Positions 39,401 through 53,600 of a DNA stretch of 64,000 bases are shown piece by piece; positions within the stretch are counted from its first letter, which is position 1, and each line of letters begins with the position of its first letter. The DNA is from Eledone cirrhosa (lineage: Eukaryota): the NCBI GenBank assembly GCA_964016885.1, contig OZ024744.1, positions 3,968,001 through 4,032,000 on the forward strand, in the 5' to 3' direction. The notes beneath the pieces were generated by a model. It searched no databases. It saw only the letters and a list, made by a program, of their open reading frames with translations, and had not been told where the DNA came from. The translations under genes were made by a program, and so were the position numbers.

Positions 39401-41690
39401 AGATAGCTTGGTGAATAACGAAGTTTTGGGAGAAGACAAGGTAGAGAAAGATAGCTTGGTGAAGAACGAAGTTTTGGGGGAAGGCAAGGTAGAGAAAGAT
39501 AGCTTGCGAAGAACGAAGTTTTGGGGGAAGACAAGATAGAGAAAGATAGCTTGGTGAAGAACGAAGTTTTGGGGGAAGACAAGGTAGAGAAAGATAGCTT
39601 GGTGAAGAACGACGTTTTGAGGGAAGACAAGTTAGAGAAAGATAGCTTGGTGAAGAACGAAGTTTTGACGGAAGACAAGGTAGAGAAAGATAGCTTGGTG
39701 AAGAATGACGTTTTGTGGGAAGACAAGGTAGAGAAAGATAGCTTGGTGAAGAACGAAGTTTTGTATGAAGACAAGCTAGAGAAAGATAGCTTGGTGAAGA
39801 ACGAAGTTTTAGGGGAAGACAAGGTAGAGAAAGATAGCTTGGTGAAGAACGAAGTTTTGGGGGAAGACAAGGTAGAGAAAGATAGCTTGGTGAAGAACAA
39901 AGTTTTGGGGGAAGACAAGGTAGAGAAAGATAGCTTGGTGAAGAACGAAGTTTTGAGGGAAGACAAGGTAGAGAAAGATAGCTTGGTGAAGAACGAAGTT
40001 TTGGGGGAAGACAAGGTAGAGAAAGATAGCTTGGTGAAGAACGAAGTTTTGGGGGAAGACGAGGTAGAGAAAGATAGCTTGGTGAATAACGAAGTTTTGG
40101 GGGAAGACAAGGTCGAAAAAGATAGCTTGGTGAAGAACGAAGTTTTGAGGGAAGACAAGGGAGAGAAAGATAGCTTGGTGAAGAACGAAGTTTTGGGGGA
40201 AGACATGGTAGAGAAAGATAGCTTGGTGAAGAACGAAGTTTTGAGGGAAGACAAAGTAGAGAAAGATAGCTTGGTGAAGAACGACGTTTTGTGGGAAGAC
40301 AAGGTAGAGAAAGATAGCTTGGTGAAGAACGAAGTTTTGTGGGAAGACAAGGTAGAGAAAGATAGCTTGGTGAAGAACGAAGTTTTGGGGGAAGACAAGG
40401 TAGAGAAAGATATCTTGGTGAAGAACGAAGTTTTGGGGGAAGACGAGGTAGAGAAAGATAGCTTGGTGAACAAGGAAGTTTTGGGGGAAGACAAGGTAGA
40501 GAAAGATAGCTTGGTGAAGAACGAAGTTTTGGGGAAGACAATGTAGAGAAAGATAGCTTGGTGAAGAACGAAGTTTTGGGGGAAGACAAGGTAGAGAAAG
40601 ATAGCTTGGTGAAGAACGAAGGTTTGAGGGAAGACAAGGTAGAGAAAGATAGCTTGGTGAAGAACGAAGTTTTGACGGAAGACAAGGTAGAGAAAGATAG
40701 CTTGGTGAAGAATGACGTTTTGTGGGAAGACAAGGTAGAGAAAGATAGCTTGGTGAAGAACGAAGTTTTGTATGAAGACAAGCTAGAGAAAGATAGCTTG
40801 GTGAAGAACGAAGTTTTAGGGGAAGACAAGGTAGAGAAAGATAGCTTGGTGAAGAACGAAGTTTTGGGGGAAGACAAGGTAGAGAAAGATAGCTTGGTGA
40901 AGAACAAAGTTTTGGGGGAAGACAAGGTAGAGAAAGATAGCTTGGTGAAGAACGAAGTTTTGAGGGAAGACGAGGTAGAGAAAGATAGCTTGGTGAAGAA
41001 CGAAGTTTTGGGGGAAGACAAGGTAGAGAAAGATAGCTTGGTGAAGAACGAAGTTTTGGGGGAAGACAAGGTAGAGAAAGATAGCTTGGTGAAGAACGAC
41101 GTTTTGAGGGAAGACAAGGTCGTGAAAGATAGCTTGGTGAAGAACGAAGTTTTGGGGGAAGACAAGGTAGAGAAAGATAGCTTGGTGAAGAACGAAGTTT
41201 TGGGGGAAGACGAGGTAGAGAAAGATAGCTTGGTGAATAACGAAGTTTTGGGGGAAGACAAGGTCGAAAAAGATAGCTTGGTGAAGAACGAAGTTTTGAG
41301 GGAAGACAAGGTAGAGAAAGATAGCTTGGTGAAGAACGAAGTTTTGGGGGAAGACAAGGTAGAGAAAGATAGCTTGGTGAAGAACGAAGTTTTGAGGGAA
41401 GACAAAGTAGAGAAAGATAGCTTGGTGAAGAACGACGTTGTGTGGGAAGACAAGGTAGAGAAATATAGCTTGGTGAAGAACGAAGTTTTGTGGGAAGACA
41501 AGGTAGAGAAAGATAGCTTGGTGAAGAACGAAGTTTTGGGGGAAGACAAGGTAGAGAAAGATAGCTTGGTGAAGAACGAAGTTTTGGGGGAAGACGAGGT
41601 AGAGAAAGATAGCTTGGTGAACAAGGAAGTTTTGGGGGAAGACAAGGTAGAGAAAGATAGCTTGGTGAAGAACGAAGTTTTGGGGAAGAC
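36415..41690. repeat. Tandem duplication with 2,638-bp period (55 monomers)
   Basis: Offsets of 2638 at 36634/39272, 36644/39282, 36883/39521, 37908/40546 and 37920/40558. Confidence 0.87.
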
Positions 41691-44600
41691 AATGTAGAGA
41701 AAGATAGCTTGGTGAAGAACGAAGTTTTGGGGGAAGACAAGGTAGAGAAAGATAGCTTGGTGAAGAACGAAGGTTTGAGGGAAGACAAGGTAGAGAAAGA
41801 TAGCTTGGTGAAGAACGAAGTTTTGGGAGAAGACAAGGTAGAGAAAGATATCTTGGTGAAGAACGAAGTTTTGACGGAAGACAAGGTAGAGAAAGATAGC
41901 TTGGTGAAGAATGACGTTTTGTGGGAAGACAAGGTAGAGAAAGATAGCTTGGTGAAGAACGACGTTTTGTGGGAAGACAAGGTAGAGAAAGATAGCTTGG
42001 TGAAGAACGAAGTTTTGTGGGAAGACAAGGTAGAGAAAGATAGCTTGGTGAAGAACGAAGTTTTGGGGGAAGACAAGGTAGAGAAAGATAGCTTGGTGAA
42101 GAACGACTTTTTGAGGGGAGACAAGGTAGAGAAAGATAGCTTGGTGAAGAACGAAGTTTTGGGGAAGACAATGTAGAGAAAGATAGCTTGGTGAAGAACG
42201 AAGTTTTGGGGGAAGACAAGGTAGAGAAAGATAGCTTGTTGAAGAACGAAGTTCTGAGGGAAGGCAAGGTAGAGAAAGATATCTTGGTGAAGAACGAAGT
42301 TTTGTGTGAAGACAAGCTAGAGAAAGATAGCTTGGTGAAGAACGAAGTTTTGGGGGAAGACAAGGTAGAGAAAGATAGATTGGTGAAGAACAAAGTTTTG
42401 AGGGATGACAAGGTAGAGAAAGATGACTTGGTGAAGAACGAAGTTTTGGGGGAAGACAAGGTAGAGAAAGATAGCTTGGTGAAGAACGAAGTTTTGGGGG
42501 AAGACAAGGTAGAGAAAGATAGCTTGGTGAATAACGAAGTTTTGGGAGAAGACAAGGTAGAGAAAGATAGCTTGGTGAAGAACGAAGTTTTGGGGGAAGA
42601 CAAGGTAGAGAAAGATAGCTTGGTGAAGAACGAAGTTTTGAGGGAAGACAAGGTAGAGAAAGATAGCTTGGTGAAGAACGATGTTTTGAGGGAAGACAAG
42701 GTAGAAAAAGATAGCTTGGTGAAGAACGAAGTTTTGGGGGAAGACAAGGTAGAGAAAGATAGCTTGGTGAAGAACGAAGTTTTGGGGGAAGACAAGGTAG
42801 AGAAAGAGAGCTTGGTGAAGAACAACGTTTTGATGAAAGACAAGGTAGAGAAAGATAGCTTGGTGAAGAACGAAGTTTTGGGGGAAGACAAGGTAGAGAA
42901 AGATAGCTTGGTGAAGAACGAAGTTCTGAGGGAAGACAAGGTAGAGAAAGATAGCTTGGTGAAGAACGAAGTTTTGGGAGAAGACAAGGTAGAGAAAGAT
43001 ATCTTGGTGAAGAACGAAGTTTTGACGGAAGACAAGGTAGAGAAAGATAGCTTGATGAAGAATGACGTTTTCTGGGAAGACAAGGTAGAGAAAGATAGCT
43101 TGGTGAAGAACGAAGTTTTGTGTGAAGACAAGGTAGAGAAATATAGCTTGGTGAAGAACGAAGTTTTGGGGGAAGACAAGGCAGAGAAAGATAGATTGGT
43201 GAAGAACGAAGTTTTGAGGGATGACAAGGTAGAGAAAGATGACTTGGTGTAGAAAGAAGTTTTGGGGGAAGACAAGGTAGAGAAAGATAGCTTGGTGAAG
43301 AACGAAGTTTTGGGGGAAGACAAGGTAGAGAAAGATAGCTTGGTGAATAACGAAGTTTTGGGAGAAGACAAGGTAGAGAAAGATAGCTTGGTGAAGAACG
43401 AAGTTTTGGGGGAAGACAAGGTAGAGAAAGATAGCTTGGTGAAGAACGACGTTTTGAGGGAAGACAATTTAGAGAAAGATAGCTTGGTGAAGAACGAAGT
43501 TTTGACGGAAGACAAGGTAGAGAAAGATAGCTTGGTGAAGAATGACGTTTTGTGGGAAGACAAGGTAGAGAAAGATAGCTTGGTGAAGAACGAAGTTTTG
43601 TATGAAGACAAGCTAGAGAAAGATAGCTTGGTGAAGAACGAAGTTTTAGGGGAAGACAAGGTAGAGAAAGATAGCTTGGTGAAGAACGAAGTTTTGGGGG
43701 AAGACAAGGTAGAGAAAGATAGCTTGGTGAAGAACAAAGTTTTGGGGGAAGACAAGGTAGAGAAAGATAGCTTGGTGAAGAACGAAGTTTTGAGGGAAGA
43801 CAAGGTAGAGAAAGATAGCTTGGTGAAGAACGAAGTTTTGGGGGAAGACAAGGTAGAGAAAGATAGCTTGGTGAAGAACGAAGTTTTGGGGGAAGACGAG
43901 GTAGAGAAAGATAGCTTGGTGAATAACGAAGTTTTGGGGGAAGACAAGGTCGAAAAAGATAGCTTGGTGAAGAACGAAGTTTTGAGGGAAGACAAGGGAG
44001 AGAAAGATAGCTTGGTGAAGAACGAAGTTTTGGGGGAAGACATGGTAGAGAAAGATAGCTTGGTGAAGAACGAAGTTTTGAGGGAAGACAAAGTAGAGAA
44101 AGATAGCTTGGTGAAGAACGACGTTTTGTGGGAAGACAAGGTAGAGAAAGATAGCTTGGTGAAGAACGAAGTTTTGTGGGAAGACAAGGTAGAGAAAGAT
44201 AGCTTGGTGAAGAACGAAGTTTTGGGGGAAGACAAGGTAGAGAAAGATATCTTGGTGAAGAACGAAGTTTTGGGGGAAGACGAGGTAGAGAAAGATAGCT
44301 TGGTGAATAACGAAGTTTTGGGAGAAGACAAGGTAGAGAAAGATAGCTTGGTGAAGAACGAAGTTTTGGGGGAAGGCAAGGTAGAGAAAGATAGCTTGCG
44401 AAGAACGAAGTTTTGGGGGAAGACAAGGTAGAGAAAGATAGCTTGGTGAAGAACGAAGTTTTGGGGGAAGACAAGGTAGAGAAAGATAGCTTGGTGAAGA
44501 ACGACGTTTTGAGGGAAGACAAGTTAGAGAAAGATAGCTTGGTGAAGAACGAAGTTTTGACGGAAGACAAGGTAGAGAAAGATAGCTTGGTGAAGAATGA

Positions 44601-47600
44601 CGTTGTGTGGGAAGACAAGGTAGAGAAAGATAGCTTAGTGAAGAACGAAGTTTTGTATGAAGACAAGCTAGAGAAAGATAGCTTGGTGAAGAACGAAGTT
44701 TTAGGGGAAGACAAGGTAGAGAAAGATAGCTTGGTGAAGAACGAAGTTTTGGGGGAAGACAATGTAGAGAAAGATAGCTTAGTGAAGAACAAAGTTTTGG
44801 GGGAAGACAAGGTAGAGAAAGATAGCTTGGTGAAGAACGAAGTTTTGAGGGAAGACGAGGTAGAGAAAGATAGCTTGGTGAAGAACGAAGTTTTGGGGGA
44901 AGACAAGGTAGAGAAAGATAGCTTGGTGAAGAACGAAGTTTTGGGGGAAGACAAGGTAGAGAAAGATAGCTTGGTGAAGAACGACGTTTTGAGGGAAGAC
45001 AAGGTCGTGAAAGATAGCTTGGTGAAGAACGAAGTTTTGGGGGAAGACAAGGTAGAGAAAGATAGCTTGGTGAAGAACGAAGTTTTGGGGGAAGACGAGG
45101 TAGAGAAAGATAGCTTGGTGAATAACGAAGTTTTGGGGGAAGACAAGGTCGAAAAAGATAGCTTGGTGAAGAACGAAGTTTTGAGGGAAGACAAGGTAGA
45201 GAAAGATAGCTTGGTGAAGAACGAAGTTTTGGGGGAAGACAAGGTAGAGAAAGATAGCTTGGTGAAGAACGAAGTTTTGAGGGAAGACAAAGTAGAGAAA
45301 GATAGCTTGGTGAAGAACGACGTTTTGTGGGAAGACAAGGTAGAGAAAGATAGCTTGGTGAAGAACGAAGTTTTGTGGGAAGACAAGGTAGAGAAAGATA
45401 GCTTGGTGAAGAACGAAGTTTTGGGGGAAGACAAGGTAGAGAAAGATAGCTTGGTGAAGAACGAAGTTTTGGGGGAAGACGAGGTAGAGAAAGATAGCTT
45501 GGTGAACAAGGAAGTTTTGGGGGAAGACAAGGTAGAGAAAGATAGCTTGGTGAAGAACGAAGTTTTGGGGAAGACAATGTAGAGAAAGATAGCTTGGTGA
45601 AGAACGAAGTTTTGGGGGAAGACAAGGTAGAGAAAGATAGCTTGGTGAAGAACGAAGGTTTGAGGGAAGACAAGGTAGAGAAAGATAGCTTGGTGAAGAA
45701 CGAAGTTTTGGGAGAAGACAAGGTAGAGAAAGATATCTTGGTGAAGAACGAAGTTTTGACGGAAGACAAGGTAGAGAAAGATAGCTTGGTGAAGAATGAC
45801 GTTTTGTGGGAAGACAAGGTAGAGAAAGATAGCTTGGTGAAGAACGACGTTTTGTGGGAAGACAAGGTAGAGAAAGATAGCTTGGTGAAGAACGAAGTTT
45901 TGTGGGAAGACAAGGTAGAGAAAGATAGCTTGGTGAAGAACGAAGTTTTGGGGGAAGACAAGGTAGAGAAAGATAGCTTGTTGAAGAACGAAGTTCTGAG
46001 GGAAGGCAAGGTAGAGAAAGATAGCTTGGTGAAGAACGAAGTTTTGGGAGAAGACAAGGTAGAGAAAGATATCTTGGTGAAGAACGAAGTTTTGTGTGAA
46101 GACAAGCTAGAGAAAGATAGCTTGGTGAAGAACGAAGTTTTGGGGGAAGACAAGGTAGAGAAAGATAGATTGGTGAAGAACAAAGTTTTGAGGGATGACA
46201 AGTTAGAGAAAGATAGCTTGGTGAAGAACGAAGTTTTGGGGGAAGACAAGGTAGAGAAAGATAGCTTGGTGAAGAACGAAGTTTTGAGGGAAGACAAGGT
46301 AGAGAAAGATAGCTTGGTGAATAACGAAGTTTTGGGAGAAGACGAGGTAGAGAAAGATAGCTTGGTGAAGAACGAAGTTTTGGGGGAAGACAAGGTAGAG
46401 AAAGATAGCTTGGTGAAGAACGAAGTTTTGAGGGAAGACAAGGTAGAGAAAGATAGCTTGGTGAAGAACGATGTTTTGAGGGAAGACAAGGTAGAAAAAG
46501 ATAGCTTGGTGAAGAACGAAGTTTTGAGGGAAGACAAAGTAGAGAAAGATAGCTTGGTGAAGAACGACGTTGTGTGGGAAGACAAGGTAGAGAAAGATAG
46601 CTTGGTGAAGAACGAAGTTTTGTGGGAAGACAAGGTAGAGAAAGATAGCTTGGTGAAGAACGAAGTTTTGGGGGAAGACAAGGTAGAGAAAGATAGCTTG
46701 GTGAAGAACGAAGTTTTGGGGGAAGACGAGGTAGAGAAAGATAGCTTGGTGAAGAACGAAGTTTTGGGGAAGACAAGGTAGAGAAAGATAGCTTGGTGAA
46801 GAACGAAGGTTTGAGGGAAGACAAGGTAGAGAAAGATAGCTTGGTGAAGAACGAAGTTTTGGGAGAAGACAAGGTAGAGAAAGATATCTTGGTGAAGAAC
46901 GAAGTTTTGACGGAAGACAAGGTAGAGAAAGATAGCTTGGTGAAGAATGACGTTTTGTGGGAAGACAAGGTAGAGAAAGATAGCTTGGTGAAGAACGACG
47001 TTTTGTGGGAAGACAAGGTAGAGAAAGATAGCTTGGTGAAGAACGAAGTTTTGTGGGAAGACAAGGTAGAGAAAGATAGCTTGGTGAAGAACGAAGTTTT
47101 GGGGGAAGACAAGGTAGAGAAAGATAGCTTGGTGAAGAACGACTTTTTGAGGGGAGACAAGGTAGAGAAAGATAGCTTGGTGAAGAACGAAGTTTTGGGG
47201 AAGACAATGTAGAGAAAGATAGCTTGGTGAAGAACGAAGTTTTGGGGGAAGACAAGGTAGAGAAAGATAGCTTGTTGAAGAACGAAGTTCTGAGGGAAGG
47301 CAAGGTAGAGAAAGATAGCTTGGTGAAGAACGAAGTTTTGGGAGAAGACAAGGTAGAGAAAGATATCTTGGTGAAGAACGAAGTTTTGTGTGAAGACAAG
47401 CTAGAGAAAGATAGCTTGGTGAAGAACGAAGTTTTGGGGGAAGACAAGGTGGAGAAAGATAGATTGGTGAAGAACAAAGTTTTGAGGGATGACAAGGTAG
47501 AGAAAGATGACTTGGTGAAGAACGAAGTTTTGGGGGAAGACAAGGTAGAGAAAGATAGCTTGGTGAAGAACGAAGTTTTGAGGGAAGACAAGGTAGAGAA

Positions 47601-50600
47601 ATATAGCTTGGTGAATAACGAAGTTTTGGGAGAAGACAAGGTAGAGAAAGATAGCTTGGTGAAGAACGAAGTTTTGGGGGAAGACAAGGTAGAGAAAGAT
47701 AGCTTGGTGAAGAACGAAGTTTTGAGGGAAGACAAGGTAGAGAAAGATAGCTTGGTGAAGAACGATGTTTTGAGGGAAGACAAGGTAGAAAAAGATAGCT
47801 TGGTGAAGAACGAAGTTTTGGGGGAAGACAAGGTAGAGAAAGATAGCTTGGTGAAGAACGAAGTTTTGGGGGAAGACAAGGTAGAGAAAGAGAGCTTGGT
47901 GAAGAACGACGTTTTCATGAAAGACAAGGTAGAGAAAGATAGCTTGGTGAAGAACGAAGTTTTGGGGGAAGACAAGGTAGAGAAAGATAGCTTGGTGAGG
48001 AACGAAGTTCTGAGGGAAGACAAGGTAGAGAAAGATAGCTTGGTGAAGAACGAAGTTTTAGGAGAAGACAAGGTAGAGAAAGATAGCTTGATGAAGAATG
48101 ACGTTTTGTGGGAAGACAAGGTAGAGAAAGATAGCTTGGTGAAGAACGAAGTTTTGTGTGAAGACAAGGTAGAGAAATATAGCTTGGTGAAGAACGAAGT
48201 TTTGGGGGAAGACAAGGCAGAGAAAGATAGATTGGTGAAGAACGAAGTTTTGAGGGATGACAAGGTAGAGAAAGATGACTTGGTGTAGAAAGAAGTTTTG
48301 GGGGAAGACAAGGTAGAGAAAGATAGCTTGGTGAAGAACGAAGTTTCGGGGGAAGACAAGGTAGAGAAAGATAGCTTGGTGAATAACGAAGTTTTGGGAG
48401 AAGACAAGGTAGAGAAAGATAGCTTGGTGAAGAACGAAGTTTTGGGGGAAGGCAAGGTAGAGAAAGATAGCTTGCGAAGAACGAAGTTTTGGGGGAAGAC
48501 AAGGTAGAGAAAGATAGCTTGGTGAAGAACGAAGTTTTGGGGGAAGACAAGGTAGAGAAAGATAGCTTGGTGAAGAACGACGTTTTGAGGGAAGACAAGT
48601 TAGAGAAAGATAGCTTGGTGAAGAACGAAGTTTTGACGGAAGACAAGGTAGAGAAAGATAGCTTGGTGAAGAATGACGTTGTGTGGGAACACAAGGTAGA
48701 GAAAGATAGCTTAGTGAAGAACGAAGTTTTGTATGAAGACAAGCTAGAGAAAGATAGCTTGGTGAAGAACGAAGTTTTAGGGGAAGACAAGGTAGAGAAA
48801 GATAGCTTGGTGAAGAACGAAGTTTTGGGGGAAGACAATGTAGAGAAAGATAGCTTGGTGAAGAACAAAGTTTTGGGGGAAGACAAGGTAGAGAAAGATA
48901 GCTTGGTGAAGAACGAAGTTTTGAGGGAAGACGAGGTAGAGAAAGATAGCTTGGTGAAGAACGAAGTTTTGGGGGAAGACAAGGTAGAGAAAGATAGCTT
49001 GGTGAAGAACGAAGTTTTGGGGGAAGACAAGGTAGAGAAAGATAGCTTGGTGAAGAACGACGTTTTGAGGGAAGACAAGGTCGTGAAAGATAGCTTGGTG
49101 AAGAACGAAGTTTTGGGGGAAGACAAGGTAGAGAAAGATAGCTTGGTGAATAACGAAGTTTTGGGGGAAGACAAGGTCGAAAAAGATAGCTTGGTGAAGA
49201 ACGAAGTTTTGAGGGAAGACAAGGTAGAGAAAGATAGCTTGGTGAAGAACGAAGTTTTGACGCAAGACAAGGTAGAGAAAGATAGCTTGGTGAAGAATGA
49301 CGTTTTGTGGGAAGACAAGGTAGAGAAAGATAGCTTGGTGAAGAACGACGTTTTGTGGGAAGACAAGGTAGCGAAAGATAGCTTGGTGAAGAACGAAGTT
49401 TTGTGGGAAGACAAGGTAGAGAAAGATAGCTTGGTGAAGAACGAAGTTTTGGGGGAAGACAAGGTAGAGAAAGATAGCTTGGTGAAGAACGAATTTTTGA
49501 GGGGAGACAAGGTAGAGAAAGATAGCTTGGTGAAGAACGAAGTTTTGGGGAAGACAATGTAGAGAAAGATAGCTTGGTGAAGAACGAAGTTTTGGGGGAA
49601 GACAAGGTAGAGAAAGATAGCTTGTTGAAGAACGAAGTTCTGAGGGAAGGCAAGGTAGAGAAAGATAGCTTGGTGAAGAACGAAGTTTTGGGGAAGACAA
49701 TGTAGAGAAAGATAGCTTGGTGAAGAACGAAGTTTTGGGGGAAGACAAGGTAGAGAAAGATAGCTTGGTGAAGAACGAAGGTTTGAGGGAAGACAAGGTA
49801 GAGAAAGATAGCTTGGTGAAGAACGAAGTTTTGGGAGAAGACAAGGTAGAGAAAGATATCTTGGTGAAGAACGAAGTTTTGACGGAAGACAAGGTAGAGA
49901 AAGATAGCTTGGTGAAGAATGACGTTTTGTGGGAAGACAAGGTAGAGAAAGATAGCTTGGTGAAGAACGACGTTTTGTGGGAAGACAAGGTAGAGAAAGA
50001 TAGCTTGGTGAAGAACGAAGTTTTGTGGGAAGACAAGGTAGAGAAAGATAGCTTGGTGAAGAACGAAGTTTTGGGGGAAGACAAGGTAGAGAAAGATAGC
50101 TTGGTGAAGAACGAATTTTTGAGGGGAGACAAGGTAGAGAAAGATAGCTTGGTGAAGAACGAAGTTTTGGGGAAGACAATGTAGAGAAAGATAGCTTGGT
50201 GAAGAACGAAGTTTTGGGGGAAGACAAGGTAGAGAAAGATAGCTTGTTGAAGAACGAAGTTCTGAGGGAAGGCAAGGTAGAGAAAGATAGCTTGGTGAAG
50301 AACGAAGTTTTGGGAGAAGACAAGGTAGAGAAAGATATCTTGGTGAAGAACGAAGTTTTGTGTGAAGACAAGCTAGAGAAAGATAGCTTGGTGAAGAACG
50401 AAGTTTTGGGGGAAGACAAGGTAGAGAAAGATACATTGGTGAAGAACAAAGTTTTGAGGGATGACAAGTTAGAGAAAGATGACTTGGTGAAGAACGAAGT
50501 TTTGGGGGAAGACAAGGTAGAGAAAGATAGCTTGGTGAAGAACGAAGTTTTGAGGGAAGACAAGGTAGAGAAAGATAGCTTGGTGAATAACGAAGTTTTG

Positions 50601-53600
50601 GGAGAAGACAAGGTAGAGAAAGATAGCTTGGTGAAGAACGAAGTTTTGGGGGAAGACAAGGTAGAGAAAGATAGCTTGGTGAAGAACGAAGTTTTGAGGG
50701 AAGACGAGGTAGAGAAAGATAGCTTGGTGAAGAACGATGTTTTGAGGGAAGACAAGGTAGAAAAAGATAGCTTGGTGAAGAACGAAGTTTTGGGGGAAGA
50801 CAAGGTAGAGAAAGAGAGCTTGGTGAAGAACGACGTTTTGATGAAAGACAAGGTAGAGAAAGATAGCTTGGTGAAGAACGAAGTTTTGGGGGAAGACAAG
50901 GTAGAGAAAGATAGCTTGGTGAAGAACGAAGTTCTGAGGGAAGACAAGGTAGAGAAAGATAGCTTGGTGAAGAACGAAGTTTTGGGAGAAGACAAGGTAG
51001 AGAAAGATATCTTGGTGAAGAACGAAGTTTTGACGGAAGACAAGGTAGAGAAAGATAGCTTGGTGAAGAATGACGTTTTGTAGGAAGACAAGGTAGAGAA
51101 AGATAGCTTGGTGAAGAACGAAGTTTTGTGTGAAGACAAGGTAGAGAAAGATAGCTTGGTGAAGAACGAAGTTTTGGGGGAAGACAAGGCAGAGAAAGAT
51201 AGATTGGTGAAGAACGAAGTTTTGAGGGATGACAAGGTAGAGAAAGATGACTTGGTGTAGAAAGAAGTTTTGGGGGAAGACAAGGTAGAGAAAGATAGCT
51301 TTGTGAAGAACGAAGTTTTGGGGGAAGACAAGGTAGAGAAAGATAGCTTGGTGAAGAACGAAGTTTTGAGGGAAGACAAAGTAGAGAAAAATAGCTTGGT
51401 GAAGAACGACGTTTTGTGGGAAGACAAGGTAGAGAAAGATAGCTTGGTGAAGAACGAAGTTTTGTGGGAAGACAAGGTAGAGAAAGATAGCTTGGTGAAG
51501 AACGAAGTTTTGGGGGAAGACAAGGTAGAGAAAGATAGCTTGGAGAAGAACGAAGTTTTGGGGGAAGACGAGGTAGAGAAAGATAGCTTGGTGAACAAGG
51601 AAGTTTTGGGGGAAGACAAGGTAGAGAAAGATAGCTTGGTGAAGAACGAAGTTTTGGGGAAGACAATGTAGAGAAAGATAGCTTGGTGAAGAACGAAGGT
51701 TTGAGGGAAGACAAGGTAGAGAAAGATAGCTTGGTGAAGAACGAAGTTTTGGGAGAAGACAAGGTAGAGAAAGATATCTTGGTGAAGAACGAAGTTTTGA
51801 CGGAAGACAAGGTAGAGAAAGATAGCTTGGTGAAGAATGACGTTTTGTGGGAAGACAAGGTAGAGAAAGATAGCTTGGTGAAGAACGACGTTTTGTGGGA
51901 AGACAAGGTAGAGAAAGATAGCTTGGTGAAGAACGAAGTTTTGTGGGAAGACAAGGTAGAGAAAGATAGCTTGGTGAAGAACGAAGTTTTGGGGGAAGAC
52001 AAGGTAGAGAAAGATAGCTTGGTGAAGAACGAATTTTTGAGGGGAGACAAGGCAGAGAAAGATAGCTTGGTGAAGAACGAAGTTTTGGGGAAGACAATGT
52101 AGAGAAAGATAGCTTGGTGAAGAACGAAGTTTTGGGGGAAGACAAGGTAGAGAAAGATAGCTTGTTGAAGAACGAAGTTCTGAGGGAAGGCAAGGTAGAG
52201 AAAGATAGCTTGGTGAAGAACGAAGTTTTGGGAGAAGACAAGGTAGAGAAAGATATCTTGGTGAAGAACGAAGTTTTGTGTGAAGACAAGCTAGAGAAAG
52301 ATAGCTTGGTGAAGAACGAAGTTTTGGGGGAAGACAAGGTAGAGAAAGATAGATTGGTGAAGAACAAAGTTTTGAGGGATGACAAGGTAGAGAAAGATGA
52401 CTTGGTGAAGAACGAAGTTTTGGGGGAAGACAAGGTAGAGAAAGATAGCTTGGTGAAGAACGAAGTTTTGAGGGAAGACAAGGTAGAGAAAGATAGCTTG
52501 GTGAATAACGAAGTTTTGGGAGAAGACAAGGTAGAGAAAGATAGCTTGGTGAAGAACGAAGTTTTGGGGGAAGACAAGGTAGAGAAAGATAGCTTGGTGA
52601 AGAACGAAGTTTTGAGGGAAGACAAGGTAGAGAAAGATAGCTTGGTGAAGAACGATGTTTTGAGGGAAGACAAGGTAGAAAAAGATAGCTTGGTGAAGAA
52701 CGAAGTTTTGGGGGAAGACAAGGTAGAGAAAGAGAGCTTGGTGAAGAACGACGTTTTGATGAAAGACAAGGTAGAGAAAGATAGCTTGGTGAAGAACGAA
52801 GTTTTGGGGGAAGACAAGGTAGAGAAAGATAGCTTGGTGAAGAACGAAGTTCTGAGGGAAGACAAGGTAGAGAAAGATAGCTTGGTGAAGAACGAAGTTT
52901 TGGGAGAAGACAAGGTAGAGAAAGATATCTTGGTGAAGAACGAAGTTTTGACGGAAGACAAGGTAGAGAAAGATAGCTTGGTGAAGAATGACGTTTTGTG
53001 GGAAGACAAGGTAGAGAAAGATAGCTTGGTGAAGAACGAAGTTTTGTGTGAAGACAAGGTAGAGAAAGATAGCTTGGTGAAGAACGAAGTTTTGTGGGAA
53101 GACAAGGCAGAGAAAGATAGATTGGTGAAGAACGAAGTTTTGAGGGATGACAAGGTAGAGAAAGATGACTTGGTGTAGAAAGAAGTTTTGGGGGAAGACA
53201 AGGTAGAGAAAGATAGCTTGGTGAAGAACGAAGTTTTGGGGGAAGACAAGGTAGAGAAAGATAGCTTGGTGAAGAACGAAGTTTTGGGAGGAGACAAGGT
53301 AGAGAAAGATAGCTTGGTGAAGAACGAAGTTTTGAGGGAAGACAAGCTAGAGAAAGATAGCTTGGTGAATAACGAAGTTTTGGGAGAAGACAAGGTAGAG
53401 AAAGATAGCTTGGTGAAGAACGAAGTTTTGGGGGAAGACAAGGTAGAGAAAGATAGCTTGGTGAAGAACGAAGTTTTGAGGGAAGACAAGGTAGAGAAAG
53501 ATAGCTTGGTGAAGAACGATGTTTTGAGGGAAGACAAGGTAGAAAAAGATAGCTTGGTGAAGAACGAAGTTTTGGGGGAAGACAAGGTAGAGAAAGAGAG